A stretch of DNA of 64,000 nt from Nitrososphaerota archaeon (GTDB taxonomy: Archaea > Thermoproteota > Nitrososphaeria_A > Caldarchaeales > JAVZCJ01). The notes under the pieces were generated by a model. The model made no database searches. It was not told the DNA's origin and saw only the letters and a list, made by a program, of their open reading frames with translations. Shown piece after piece: positions 1 through 10,752 of this stretch. Every line of letters starts with the position of its first letter. Positions within the stretch are counted from its first letter, which is position 1. The stretch covers positions 2,918 to 66,917 of the forward strand of contig JAWAZL010000002.1 in NCBI GenBank assembly GCA_038817485.1, given 5' to 3'. Position numbers and translations under genes: made by a program.

Positions 1-2
1 CT

Positions 3-284
3 AAATTGCATGATCTTGCATTTATAGTACAAGAAAATGATCTTCTTGATACGTTCTTTAAACCTAGTGGATTATGGAATTTTAATTTTCTAAAATATTA
101 TATTAAAGAAGGGGCTTCTATAATTGAAGTGAATGATTTGCTTTATTGCCATAAAGATTATATTAAATCAAAAATAAATCAAGATAAGAAAAGTTTCTAT
201 AAAGCTTTCATAAAGGCTCTAATAGAAGCTGAAGTAGAAGATATAGCAACATATATGGAAGTTTTAGAAGAGGTTTTGAGATAA
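3..284 (+). CDS. Hypothetical protein, C-terminal part (open at window edge), stop overlaps herA start
   Basis: Frame is open to the window start; TAATG overlap with herA; no diagnostic motif visible (could be a nurA tail, not supported). Confidence 0.6.
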   Translation, partial: KLHDLAFIVQENDLLDTFFKPSGLWNFNFLKYYIKEGASIIEVNDLLYCHKDYIKSKINQDKKSFYKAFIKALIEAEVEDIATYMEVLEEVLR

Positions 285-2029
285 TGGAAAGTAATGTTAT
301 AGAATTAGGAAGAATTATTCGTGGAAGTATTGGTGGAGGAATTATAGCATATTTAAAAAATGAAGAATCTATTGAAAATTATCCTTTAGGTTCGCTTATA
401 GCGATTTATGGAGAATCCCACAAATATTTAGCTTTAATAACAGATGTTGGAATAGAATCTTCAAATCAAGCTAATAGCTTAATTAGACCTAAAGTTTCAG
501 AAGAATTTATAGAAGCTGCAATTGATGTTTATAAAGAAAGGATAAGGAATCAATGGTTAAAACTTGCTTTAGTAGCACAAATAGCAAGTGAACAACCAAA
601 AACAGCAGATACGATGCCGAGTTTTTTCTCAATATTAAGAAATGTCACAGAAGATGATGTGAAAAAATTTTTTGGTATTGAAAATTATAAAACACATTGG
701 AATATAGGAGTGCCAAAGGTGCCAAAAGGGTTAGAAATTGAAATACCAATAGATATTGAGAAATTAATCGAGCTTAGTTTTGCTATTTATGGTAAATCTG
801 GCACTGGTAAAACTTTTCTTGGCAATCTTTTAGCAGGATATATTTTAGCTTATGATATAACGAAGGAAAAGATCGAGCAAAGAATCAAACTCTTAATATT
901 TGATATGCACTCTGAATATGCTTTAGAACTTAGAGATAATATGGGTAATAAAATAGCAAATGGTATAGCGTATATTTTCAGAGACTTCTTTTTAAGATAT
1001 ACTCCTGATGAATATCTTGCAAAAGAGAGAGGATTAAAACAACTTAAAATAAATTATACGAAAATTACAGAAGCTGATCTTAGAATGCTTAGCCCAATTT
1101 TTGGTATTACTGAAACATTTCTTAATCATTTATCAAGAATTAAAACAATATTAGCAAAAGACCTTAAATTAAATGAGCTATGGATATGGGGACTTATTTT
1201 AGATATTGATGATGAAGATAGGCTTATCAAAACTAATGAGGGTTTTTATTTAATTGAAGAAATAAAGAAAAGAGCAAATGTAAAAGACTTAGGTGAACTT
1301 AGAGAAAAAGCTTGCGAAATTATAAATAAGAAAATTGGAGCACCTGTTGAATCTTCTTTTAGGTCTCAAACTACTAAACTTAAAAGATTATTAGATTATC
1401 CATATACTATAAAAAATGAACAAGATACGATAGAAGAAATAGTTAATAATGTTTTAGATAGTGAAGGGAAAAATATAACAATAAGCATGGGTAGATTTGA
1501 AAAGGAAACTCCATTATATATGATGATCGCAAATCTATTAGCAAGAAGGCTTAGAGAAAAAATTTTAGAAAAATCAAGTAAAGGGGAAACTTTAGAAACC
1601 AAGATTGTGATATTCCTTGAAGAAGCTCATAATTTCTTAGGAAAAGAAGTATATAGACAATCACCATTTGGAGAAATTGCTAGAGAAATGAGAAAAAAGG
1701 GTGTAATAACGGTTGTAATAGATCAAAGACCAAGCGAATTAGATCCAGATGTTATAGGCATGATATGGACAAATTTTGTTTTCACATTAACAGATATAGA
1801 AGATATTAAATCATCACTTATAGGTTCCCCTCATCCAGAACTTTTTCGAAATATTATTCCAAACTTGGCTAGTAGAGAGGTTCTCATATATGGAGAAGCT
1901 GTAAGATTTCCAGTAGTATTAAAAGTTAAGGATTACAATATTGTAGAAATTTTCTTTAACGATTTAGTTAAAAAAATAAATAAAGAAGTTTTAAGAAGGA
2001 GGGAAAATGTTGAAAAAGAATTCCTTTAA
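284..2029 (+). CDS. herA: HerA bipolar helicase/ATPase
   Basis: N-terminal HAS-barrel-like region, Walker A GKSGTGKT, IFDMHSEY, Walker B IFLEEAHNF, REMRKKG and QRPS motifs; precedes mre11-rad50. Confidence 0.93.
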   Translation: MESNVIELGRIIRGSIGGGIIAYLKNEESIENYPLGSLIAIYGESHKYLALITDVGIESSNQANSLIRPKVSEEFIEAAIDVYKERIRNQWLKLALVAQIASEQPKTADTMPSFFSILRNVTEDDVKKFFGIENYKTHWNIGVPKVPKGLEIEIPIDIEKLIELSFAIYGKSGTGKTFLGNLLAGYILAYDITKEKIEQRIKLLIFDMHSEYALELRDNMGNKIANGIAYIFRDFFLRYTPDEYLAKERGLKQLKINYTKITEADLRMLSPIFGITETFLNHLSRIKTILAKDLKLNELWIWGLILDIDDEDRLIKTNEGFYLIEEIKKRANVKDLGELREKACEIINKKIGAPVESSFRSQTTKLKRLLDYPYTIKNEQDTIEEIVNNVLDSEGKNITISMGRFEKETPLYMMIANLLARRLREKILEKSSKGETLETKIVIFLEEAHNFLGKEVYRQSPFGEIAREMRKKGVITVVIDQRPSELDPDVIGMIWTNFVFTLTDIEDIKSSLIGSPHPELFRNIIPNLASREVLIYGEAVRFPVVLKVKDYNIVEIFFNDLVKKINKEVLRRRENVEKEFL

Positions 2030-3215
2030 ATTTATTCATACAGCTGATTTGCATTTAGGGGCAACTACAACATTAAAAGTTCATGGACCAAATATAGATG
2101 AAATAAGGAGAAAAGATTTTCATAATAATTTTGCTAAAATTGTTGATGAAGCTTTAAAGGAAAATGTAGATTTATTTTTAATATCTGGAGATGTTTTTCA
2201 TAAAAGTGACCCATCTCCAAAAGATTTTGTAGAATTTTCTGAACAAATAGGAAGATTAACGGAAGCAGGAATTAAAATTGTTATAATAGCAGGAAACCAT
2301 GATAGGCCAAGAGTTAAAGGAGGGCAGAATCCAATTCGTGGCTTAGTTGAAGCTAAACATCCAAGTTTATATTACATTCAAAGTACTATTAATGAACCTA
2401 TTATTATAGAAGGAAAAAAAGCATCTGTTGGAATTGTCCCCATTCCATACATAGACCCAAGAGTTGTTAAATATATAAATGAAGATTATGAAAAAATATT
2501 AAAAGAAAAAATAAGTAATATTTTAGAAAATCCAAAAATGGACAATGTTGATTATAAAATTTTAATGGCTCATTTAATCGTTTTAGGTGCAGATTATAAA
2601 AAAATTTTTTATTGGTTAGAAGATGAACCTAAAATAAAATTGAGTGATTTAATGGAAGAAAAATTTGATTATATAGCTTTAGGGCACATTCATACACCTC
2701 AACGTATTTCAAAAAAGGTTTATTACTCTGGTTCAATAGAGAAAGTAAGTTTCCTAGAAGAAGACGAAAATAAGAGTTTCATACTTGCAAGTTTTAATAA
2801 TAAGGAAGTAGAAGTAAAAGTAAAAAATTTATCATGTAGACCAATGAAAACTCTTGAATTTACCATAAACTCTAATTTAAATCCTACAGAAACTCTTATT
2901 GAAGCGATTGAAAAATTTAATATTGAAAATGGTACGCTTCTAAGAATTATAGTCAAGCTAGATCAAGTAGCATGGCATAATATAAATATAAGTAAGATCG
3001 AGCAAATGTTAATACAGAAAACAAAAGTTGCAGGATACGAGTTTGATAAAAATTTAATAGAATATAATAAGGAATTAAGAAGTTTACGTATAGAAGGAAA
3101 ACCTTTAAGAGATCAAATTTTAGATTTTATTCAAACACTTAATATAGACGAAAAAATTAAAAATCGTGCAAAAAAACTAGCAGAAGATATAATTGATGAA
3201 GTAGGCTTGCCATGA
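2007..3215 (+). CDS. mre11: Mre11/SbcD DNA double-strand break repair nuclease
   Basis: HTADLHLG, SGDVF, AGNHD, MAH and ALGHIH phosphoesterase motifs. Confidence 0.95.
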   Translation: MLKKNSFKFIHTADLHLGATTTLKVHGPNIDEIRRKDFHNNFAKIVDEALKENVDLFLISGDVFHKSDPSPKDFVEFSEQIGRLTEAGIKIVIIAGNHDRPRVKGGQNPIRGLVEAKHPSLYYIQSTINEPIIIEGKKASVGIVPIPYIDPRVVKYINEDYEKILKEKISNILENPKMDNVDYKILMAHLIVLGADYKKIFYWLEDEPKIKLSDLMEEKFDYIALGHIHTPQRISKKVYYSGSIEKVSFLEEDENKSFILASFNNKEVEVKVKNLSCRPMKTLEFTINSNLNPTETLIEAIEKFNIENGTLLRIIVKLDQVAWHNINISKIEQMLIQKTKVAGYEFDKNLIEYNKELRSLRIEGKPLRDQILDFIQTLNIDEKIKNRAKKLAEDIIDEVGLP

Positions 3216-5599
3216 TACTTATAAACTTAAAAGTTAACAATATAGCAACTTATAAGTACTACGAATTAAAATTTGATGAATTAAAATATCCATTATTTAT
3301 AACGGGTGAAACTGGAGCAGGTAAAACAACATTTTTTATAGATGCAATTACCGCCGCTCTTTGTAAAGGTGCTTACGGTCATACAACAAATTTTGCAGAT
3401 ATTATAATGAAAGGGGCATCTAGAGCAGAAATTCAACTTACATTCAAAATAGAAGATAAATTGTATAGAATAAAAAGGATTTTTGAAGTAAGAAAAGGTA
3501 CTTCACAAGCTTTTCTTGAGGAATATGATGGAAAAAATTGGACTTTAGTAACTGCTAGAGTAAGTGAGGTTGATAAAAAATTAAAAAATATTATGGGTTT
3601 AGATTATGATGGATTATTAAATTCAGTAATTATTAGACAAGGTGATGTTTATACTTTTATAAAAATGCAACCTTCTCAAAGAAGAGATTTTTTATTAAAT
3701 CTTTTCAAAATAGGATTGGATGAATTAAAAATAAAAACTGATGAAAAAAGAAATATTATTATTAAAGAAATTGAGAATATTGAAAGAGAAATTCAATTTT
3801 TGAAAGAAAATATCGATAAAGAAATAGAATTCTTAAATACAAAAGAAAAAATAGAAAATGAGAAAAAACAATTAGAATTAGAAATAGAAAAAAAAGAATT
3901 TTTTAAAAAGGAAATAGAAAATAGAATAGGTGAAATAAGAAAAAAGTTAAGTAATATTGAAAAAGAATTAAGTATTTTTGAAGAAAAGAACAAGATTTTA
4001 GAAGAAAAATATAAGGAATTAAACAAAATTCAAGAACAAATTAATGAAAAGGAAGCAAAAATAGGAATTTATCCAAGCTGGAAACTTGAAAAAATTAATG
4101 AAATACAAGAAAAAATTAATGAATACTATTTATTACAATCACAAATAATTACCAAAGAAGAAAAGGAGGTTAAACCATATAGAGAACTTCTTAATAAATT
4201 AGAGGAAGTAAACAAAATCGAAAGTTTACTAAATCAATTCGTTAATATAGATAAAAGGCTTAAAGAAATAGAAAATAAAATAGAAGAGATTAAAAATTAT
4301 AAATTTGAAATTCAAGGAAAGATGAATATTGTTTTAGAGGCAATCAAAACTTTAGATAATATTGAAGCAGAATGCCCAGTATGTGGCTCAAAGCTTACAT
4401 TTCAAGTAAAAGAAAATAGAAAAAAACATTTAGAAGAAGAAAATAAAAAATTAAATATAGAAATAGAAAAACTTGACAATCAACTTAAAAATTTAATCAA
4501 TGAAAAAAATGATTTAGAAAAAAAGAAAAATGAAAGAAATAATTTAATAATAAGATTAGAAGTATTAAAAGAAAGTATAGATGGAAGAAAAATAGATAAA
4601 GAAGAATTAAATAAAATTGAAAAACAAATTCAAGAAATGAAAATATATGCAAATATTATTAAGAAGGAAATAGAAGATTTTATTGAAGCACCTATTGAAA
4701 ATTCGCAAAAAATTTTAATAAGTATGATTGAAGCTAAAGATGCTTTATCACAAATAAAATTACTTAGACAAAACCTCATTAATATTCAAAATGATATTGA
4801 GAAAATCGAGGAAGAATTGAAGAGTAAACCAAATTTCTATAAAGAAATGAAAGAATTAAAAATAGAAGAAAATAATCTTAATAAAGAATATGAAAAAGTC
4901 ATAGAAGAAATAAAATTAGAAAGTCAGAAATTAGGGGAAGCAAATCAAAGTATAAAACAAATAGAAGAAGAAATTAAGAAAATTAATGAAGCTAAAGAAA
5001 AGTATAATGAGTTAAATAAGAAACTTAATGAGTTAAAAATTGATAAAGAAGCACTCACACTCCTTAGTGAAAGTGTCTTTGCACCAAGAGCATTACCTAC
5101 AAAATTGCTTGAGGATTATATTCAATTAATTAGCCAATATGCAAGCTATTATATTAAAAAATTTAATCCAGATATAGATATTAATATTGAACTTGTTAAA
5201 GGTTCAAAACCTGAAGAGCAAAAAGTTGAAGTTAAAATAATGTCAGGAGGATATGAAAGAAGATATGAAACATATAGTGGGGGAGAAAGCACACTTATAG
5301 GTTTTGCTATAAGATTAGCAATAGGTAAAGCAATAGCTGAACTTTATGCTGAAACAAAGAAGCCTAAATTTTTAATAATAGATGAAGGTTTTGGACCATT
5401 GGATGAAAAGAAAAGGAATGAAGTAGCTGAAGCAATTTCTGAGCTTTATGAAATAGGGGAGTATGAACAAATAATTGTTATATCACATCAAACAGAATTA
5501 AAATCAAATCCAGCATTTAGGACAGTATTTGAAGTATATAGGGATAGTGATGGTTATAGTAAAATAAGAGATGTGACAGAAACTGCTTATGAAACTTAA
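3212..5599 (+). CDS. rad50: Rad50/SbcC ATPase
   Basis: Walker A GETGAGKT, Q-loop IRQG, coiled coil with CPVCG zinc hook, signature YSGGE, Walker B IIDEG, ISH. Confidence 0.95.
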   Translation: MILINLKVNNIATYKYYELKFDELKYPLFITGETGAGKTTFFIDAITAALCKGAYGHTTNFADIIMKGASRAEIQLTFKIEDKLYRIKRIFEVRKGTSQAFLEEYDGKNWTLVTARVSEVDKKLKNIMGLDYDGLLNSVIIRQGDVYTFIKMQPSQRRDFLLNLFKIGLDELKIKTDEKRNIIIKEIENIEREIQFLKENIDKEIEFLNTKEKIENEKKQLELEIEKKEFFKKEIENRIGEIRKKLSNIEKELSIFEEKNKILEEKYKELNKIQEQINEKEAKIGIYPSWKLEKINEIQEKINEYYLLQSQIITKEEKEVKPYRELLNKLEEVNKIESLLNQFVNIDKRLKEIENKIEEIKNYKFEIQGKMNIVLEAIKTLDNIEAECPVCGSKLTFQVKENRKKHLEEENKKLNIEIEKLDNQLKNLINEKNDLEKKKNERNNLIIRLEVLKESIDGRKIDKEELNKIEKQIQEMKIYANIIKKEIEDFIEAPIENSQKILISMIEAKDALSQIKLLRQNLINIQNDIEKIEEELKSKPNFYKEMKELKIEENNLNKEYEKVIEEIKLESQKLGEANQSIKQIEEEIKKINEAKEKYNELNKKLNELKIDKEALTLLSESVFAPRALPTKLLEDYIQLISQYASYYIKKFNPDIDINIELVKGSKPEEQKVEVKIMSGGYERRYETYSGGESTLIGFAIRLAIGKAIAELYAETKKPKFLIIDEGFGPLDEKKRNEVAEAISELYEIGEYEQIIVISHQTELKSNPAFRTVFEVYRDSDGYSKIRDVTETAYET

Positions 5600-5675
5600 T
5601 TTATTACAAATTTTAGAGTATAAGTAATAAAAAATTTAAATATATTTTTCATTATAATAAAAAGGGGCATCTACA

Positions 5676-6587
5676 ATGAAAAATTTTCATTTATATGATT
5701 TAATTATAATTGGAGGAGGCCCTGCAGGAATAACCGCAGCTATTTATGCTGCTCGTAATAAGATTAATTTTATGCTAGTTACAGTTAATATTGGTGGACA
5801 AGTAGTTCTTTCATCCCAAATAGAAAATTATACCGGCTTTCAATATATTACTGGTGAGGAATTAAAGAAAAAATTTCAAGAACATTTAGATAAATATAAA
5901 TTCGATTTAAAAATGGAAGAAGTTAAAAAAATTGAGAGAGAAAATAATTTATTTAAAGTAATAACTGATTCTGGTACTTACTTAAGTAAAACTGTTATAA
6001 TAGCAACAGGAAGGAGACCTAAAGAACTTAAAATTCCTGGTGAAGCAAAATTTAAGAATAGAGGAGTCACATATTGTGCGATATGTGATGCACCACTTTT
6101 TGAAGATTTAGATGTTGCTGTTATTGGTGGTGGAAACTCTGGATTAGAAGCAGTTCTTCAACTTATTAAAATTGCTAAAAGTATAAATCTTATAGAAATC
6201 AATCCAGAACTGAAAGCTGAAAAAATATTAATTGAGAAAGCATTAGCTTCAAATAAAGTAAAAATATGGACTAGTACCAAAATAAAAGAAATAATAGGTG
6301 ATAAAACTGTTAAATATATTAAAATAGAAAGAAACGGAAAAGAAATACTTTTGCCTGTTCAAGGTGTTTTTATAGAAATAGGATCTGTTCCAAATTCTGA
6401 AATAGTAGATTTTGTTGATAAAAATATTTTTGGTGAAATAATTGTAAATTGTAAATGTGAAACTAACATTCCAGGATTGTTTGCTGCAGGAGATGTTACT
6501 AATGTTCCTGAAAAACAAATAATAATTGCTGCAGGTGAAGGATGTAAAGCAGCTTTATCAGCTATAAAATATCTTCGAATGAAATGA
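5676..6587 (+). CDS. trxB: Thioredoxin-disulfide reductase
   Basis: GGGPAG FAD motif, CAIC active site, GGGNSG NAD(P)H motif, FAAGD. Confidence 0.92.
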   Translation: MKNFHLYDLIIIGGGPAGITAAIYAARNKINFMLVTVNIGGQVVLSSQIENYTGFQYITGEELKKKFQEHLDKYKFDLKMEEVKKIERENNLFKVITDSGTYLSKTVIIATGRRPKELKIPGEAKFKNRGVTYCAICDAPLFEDLDVAVIGGGNSGLEAVLQLIKIAKSINLIEINPELKAEKILIEKALASNKVKIWTSTKIKEIIGDKTVKYIKIERNGKEILLPVQGVFIEIGSVPNSEIVDFVDKNIFGEIIVNCKCETNIPGLFAAGDVTNVPEKQIIIAAGEGCKAALSAIKYLRMK

Positions 6588-6803
6588 AAATTCTAAATTT
6601 TTTAATTAAATACATTTTTTCTTAAATTTTCTTTGGATATAAAACAGGACGCATATAGTGTAAGATAGGTAATCCATTTAAATAGTCACTTCAGGAGTAT
6701 TATTATTTTTTAAATTCGCTCTTTATAAATAGTTATTTATTTTTATATTGCAATAAGCATAGTGATTAAGAACATAAGATATATATAGGAGTATATTTTA
6801 ATT

Positions 6804-6817
6804 TATAACTACGTTAT
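6804..6817. promoter_or_regulatory. Palindromic operator ATAAC-N3-GTTAT upstream of thrC-like/moaD
   Basis: TATAAC-TAC-GTTAT; the same motif occurs at 8480 and 13171. Confidence 0.55.
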
Positions 6818-6827
6818 GGAGGGGAGT

Positions 6828-8076
6828 ATGACTAGGAAAAGACAGCTATATTAAAGCACTTAAATGTAGAGAGTGTGGTAAAGAGTTTTTACCAACCAAA
6901 ATTTATGCATGTGAACACTGTTTTGCCCCTCTAGAAGTAATTTATGACATGGATTCTATTAGGCTTTATAGAGGGTTTTTTAAAAATAGGCCACGTACTC
7001 TTTGGCGTTATCATGAACTCTTACCTATAAAAGATAAAACAAAGATTGTGGATCTGGGAGCCGGTTATACTCCACTACACAATTGTGATAGATTAGCTAG
7101 AAAACTTGGAATACGGAAACTTTACATAAAAGATGATACTATAAATCCAACAAATTCTTTTAAAGATAGGCCTGCTACAGTTGCAGTATCCAAAGCTCTT
7201 GAATTTGGCTTTAAGAATATAGGATGCGTTTCAACTGGAAATCTTGCTGCAGCTACAGCTGCTCATGCTGCAAAAGCTGGAATGCCATGCTATGTTTTCA
7301 TTCCATTTGATATTGAAATGAATAAAGTTTTACAAGCAGCAATCTATGGAGCTAAAATAATTGCTGTAAAAGGAACTTATGATGAAGCTAATAGACTTGC
7401 AGCTGAAGCTATAGATGAATATGGTTTAGCTATAGTAAATGTGAATATTCGCCCATATTATGTGGAAGGGTCAAAAACTTTAATTTTTGAAATATGTGAG
7501 CAATTGGGATGGAGAGCACCAGATAATATTATAGTTCCAATGGGTAGCGGAGCATTACTTTGTAGTATCTGGAGAGGCTTAAAACAATTTATGGAAATTG
7601 GTTTAATTAATGGATTGGAAACAAGAATTATAGGAGCTCAACCTGAAGGTTGTTCGCCTATTGTAAAAGCTTTTAAATCTAATTTAAATGATATTTTTCC
7701 TATAGAGAAACCAAGAACAATTGCTAAAAGTTTAGCTATTGGAGACCCTGGAGATGGAATTTATGCTTTAAAAATTATAAGAGAATCAAATGGTGTTGCT
7801 GAATCTGCTAGTGATGAAGAAATATTGGAAGGAATTAAACTTTTAGCTGAGAATGAAGGGATTTTTACTGAACCAGCTGGAGGAGTTACTATGGCAGTTT
7901 TAAAGAAGCTAATCGAGTCAGGTGAAATTTCAAGAGATGAAGAAGTAGTTTGCTGTATTACTGGAAGTGGTTTTAAATCATCTGAAACAATTTTAGAGGC
8001 GATTCCAAAACCAATTGAAATAAATCCATTACTAAAGGAATTGAAAAATTTGTTTGAGGTGAATGATCATGAGTAA
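6828..8076 (+). CDS. thrC: Threonine synthase-like PLP enzyme with N-terminal Zn ribbon; apparent +1 frameshift after codon 4
   Basis: NPTNSFKDR PLP lysine, STGN, VPMGSG and EPAGG motifs. In-frame CRECG...CEHC extends upstream of the tracked ATG (6949) to 6832. The SD-preceded ATG at 6828 is out of frame by one A. Confidence 0.85.
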
Positions 8077-8347
8077 TGTTAAAGTAAGTTTCTTTGGCAT
8101 TTTAGTTAAAATAACTGGAGAGAAAAACATAGATATTGAAGCTTTAACAATTAGAGATGTTATAAACCTATTAATTGCAAGATATGGAAAAGAGTTTGAA
8201 AAAGCGATTTACAATGAAAATGGAGAGCTAAAGAGATTCATTAATATTTATGTTAATGGGAGAGATATACGTTTTCTTAATTATTTTGATACAAAATTAA
8301 ATAATGGAGATGAAGTTTCAATTATTCCAGCAATAGGAGGAGGCTAA
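8063..8347 (+). CDS. moaD: MoaD/ThiS/SAMP ubiquitin-like sulfur carrier
   Basis: INIYVNG..I, LNNGDEVSIIPAIGGG with C-terminal GG. Confidence 0.92.
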   Translation: MIMSNVKVSFFGILVKITGEKNIDIEALTIRDVINLLIARYGKEFEKAIYNENGELKRFINIYVNGRDIRFLNYFDTKLNNGDEVSIIPAIGGG

Positions 8348-8479
8348 ATGGTAAGAGCAATTTTAAATAAAATTGATTGGTTATCATATTTTATTAAAAT
8401 TAATTGATTTCATAAAAGGAAAATTATATTAAAAAGCTTGAAATAATCTTACAATATGTTTATATCTTAAAAAATTTAT

Positions 8480-8492
8480 ATAACAGTGTTAT
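8480..8492. promoter_or_regulatory. Palindromic operator ATAAC-N3-GTTAT overlapping the TATA box of moeB
   Basis: TTTATATAAC-AGT-GTTAT, 14 nt before the ATG. Confidence 0.55.
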
Positions 8493-8505
8493 CAAAGGAG
8501 ATTAA

Positions 8506-9597
8506 ATGTTTAAAGAGAGGATAAAAGATCTTTCAAATGAAGAATTAGAATTTTATTCTCGACAGATAGTACTTTCAGAAATTGGTTATAATGGACAATT
8601 GAGATTAAAAAATGCTAAAGTTTGCATAGTTGGTTTGGGCGGGCTAGGTTCTCCCGCAGCATTACAATTAGCAGCCATGGGTATAGGTTATTTACGATTA
8701 GTTGATTTTGATACTGTCGAGATTTCAAATTTACAGAGACAGTATCTTTATGATATAGATTCTTTAGGATACCCAAAAGTTGAAGTAGCAGCAAAAAAAT
8801 TAAATAAGCTAAATCCGAATATAGAAATAGAACCTTTACCTTTATCTTTAAATGTAAATAATGCTGAGGAAATAATTAAAGGTATGGATGTAGTAATCGA
8901 TGGATTAGATGCTATGGCTCCTCGTTATGCTATAAATAGAGCTTGTTTAAAACTTAAAATACCTTATGTTTTTGGTGCTGCAATAATGACATATGGAAAT
9001 GTTTCTACGATAATACCAGGTAAAACTCCTTGCTTAGAATGCTTCCAAGGGAATATCGATGATAATGTATTGCCAACATGTGCTATAGTAGGTGTTCATT
9101 CATCAATATTAAATATTATAGCTAGTATTGAAGTAGCTGAAGCAATAAGGATAATTCTTGGAGAAGAACCTCATTTAGCAAACAAGTTACTTTATTGTGA
9201 TATTAAAGATATGAGATTTATAGAATTAAAAATTCTAAAATCAGAAAGCTGTCCAATATGTGGTTCAAAACCATCAAAACCCCCTATGTTTTTAAAACAT
9301 GAATTGATTAATGAAATTTGTGGTAGAAGAGGAAAAAGAGTTTTTGTTATCACACCAAAGAAAAATTTAGATTTAAATATTGATGAGTTATATCGCTTCT
9401 TAATAAATAATGGTTTTAATATTAATATTAAAGCTAATCTTGGTATAACATTCAAAGATGATTTAAAAATAGCAGCAAGTATTTTAAAAAGTGGGATAAT
9501 GATAGTTGAAGGAGCAGATAATGAAAAAGAAGCTTATGATTTTTATAGTAAAATAATAATTGAAAAATTAAAGATTCCTAGATCAAATATTGAATAA
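8506..9597 (+). CDS. moeB: MoeB/ThiF/UbaA E1-like adenylyltransferase with C-terminal extension
   Basis: YSRQ, GLGGLG, D.D.VEISNLQRQ, PCLEC, PTCAIVG, CPIC. Confidence 0.92.
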   Translation: MFKERIKDLSNEELEFYSRQIVLSEIGYNGQLRLKNAKVCIVGLGGLGSPAALQLAAMGIGYLRLVDFDTVEISNLQRQYLYDIDSLGYPKVEVAAKKLNKLNPNIEIEPLPLSLNVNNAEEIIKGMDVVIDGLDAMAPRYAINRACLKLKIPYVFGAAIMTYGNVSTIIPGKTPCLECFQGNIDDNVLPTCAIVGVHSSILNIIASIEVAEAIRIILGEEPHLANKLLYCDIKDMRFIELKILKSESCPICGSKPSKPPMFLKHELINEICGRRGKRVFVITPKKNLDLNIDELYRFLINNGFNINIKANLGITFKDDLKIAASILKSGIMIVEGADNEKEAYDFYSKIIIEKLKIPRSNIE

Positions 9598-9636
9598 ATG
9601 AAGAGCAGCTTATTTATATATCTTAAGAACATTTTC

Positions 9637-9777
9637 CTATTTGGCATGCTTAGTTATTTCTAAATTACAACTTTTATATTTTCTACACCACTCTTCGCAT
9701 TTTTCAGCCCAAATCTTCTCTTTATATTTTAATTTACATTCTTCACAAATGTAAAATCCATTTATTTCTTTTACCAT
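9637..9777 (-). CDS. Small Cys-rich protein, 46 aa (not in ORF track)
   Basis: MVKEINGFYICEECKLKYKEKIWAEKCEEWCRKYKSCNLEITKHAK; CxxC, CxxxC and C..H spacing. Confidence 0.7.
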   Translation of the reverse strand: MVKEINGFYICEECKLKYKEKIWAEKCEEWCRKYKSCNLEITKHAK

Positions 9778-9842
9778 TTTCCAAATTCCTCTTTTTCTAC
9801 AATTTCCTTCTTTTTAATTATATATCACATTCATAATAAATG

Positions 9843-10397
9843 CTAAGGAGTGTATTTTTCAATTTTATCTATGGTTGTTATGAAAAAATCTCCTCCAGCA
9901 TGTAAAAGTGGTTTAAAATTCTTAAAATTATAATGTTCATCAAAAAAATCTTTTGAAGCATATGCTGTTAAAACTTTTCCTATAAATAAATCATGATCTC
10001 CAACTTCAATTATTCTATCTAATTTACATTCTATATGAGCTATACAATCTTTTATTATTGGTGGAGAAACCATTTTAGCTTTTTCTGGAGTTAATCCTGT
10101 TTCTTTAAATTTATCAACATCTCTACCACTTCTTCTTCCACAGAAAATTACTTTTTTAGCTAAATCATAGGATGGAATATTTACAACAAATTCTTTACTT
10201 TCTGCAATTAATTTATAGCTATATCTATTTTTATGAATAGCCATTGCTAAATAAGGTGGATTTCTGCTTAATGGAATTATCCAAGCAATTACGATGATAT
10301 TTGGTTTACTATTTTTATCTATAGTTGTTACTAATGTAGAATTATATGGATGTAGAAGATAAGGGAAAAAATTATTTGGTACTTCAACTTTATTCAT
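9843..10397 (-). CDS. Flavin reductase (flavoredoxin) family protein
   Basis: EFVVNIP, CGRRSGRDVDKF, AHIEC, GDHDLFIG. Confidence 0.9.
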   Translation of the reverse strand: MNKVEVPNNFFPYLLHPYNSTLVTTIDKNSKPNIIVIAWIIPLSRNPPYLAMAIHKNRYSYKLIAESKEFVVNIPSYDLAKKVIFCGRRSGRDVDKFKETGLTPEKAKMVSPPIIKDCIAHIECKLDRIIEVGDHDLFIGKVLTAYASKDFFDEHYNFKNFKPLLHAGGDFFITTIDKIEKYTP

Positions 10398-10494
10398 TAT
10401 AATCCACTCAATTATTTATTTAAATATTTTCCTAATTTAAATCTTTTTATTCTATTATAAATAAAGATTAAGATTTTTAAGTTTTTGGTAATAT

Positions 10495-10565
10495 CTTGCA
10501 AAATATTTTCTCATTATAGTTAGCCTCTTTTTCTGGTAGTTACCATATCTAAGTTTAGATTCAAA
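10495..10565 (-). repeat. Degenerate copy of the TnpB-element right end
   Basis: cattatagttagcctctttttctgg resembles accatagtctagcccctccttctgg at about 32611. Confidence 0.4.
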
Positions 10566-10752
10566 GATAAAATTGATACAAATGAAATGCTACATCAATA
10601 TTTTAAGCTATAATCAAACTAATATATTAAAAGCCACTTTTTAATTCTCTTTATTAAGATTTTTCTCTATAGACAGAGTTTATATTTAAGTTAAAAGATT
10701 ACGAGACTGGAAAATGATTTATGTATATAATCGTGAAGGATTTAATAAATTA

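Noticed and set aside
1..284. nurA call for the ORF upstream of herA
   Set aside because: Position fits, but the GYP..L..AH C-terminal motif is not visible
3700..5050. Low-complexity A/G-rich repeats
   Set aside because: Explained by the Lys/Glu-rich Rad50 coiled coil
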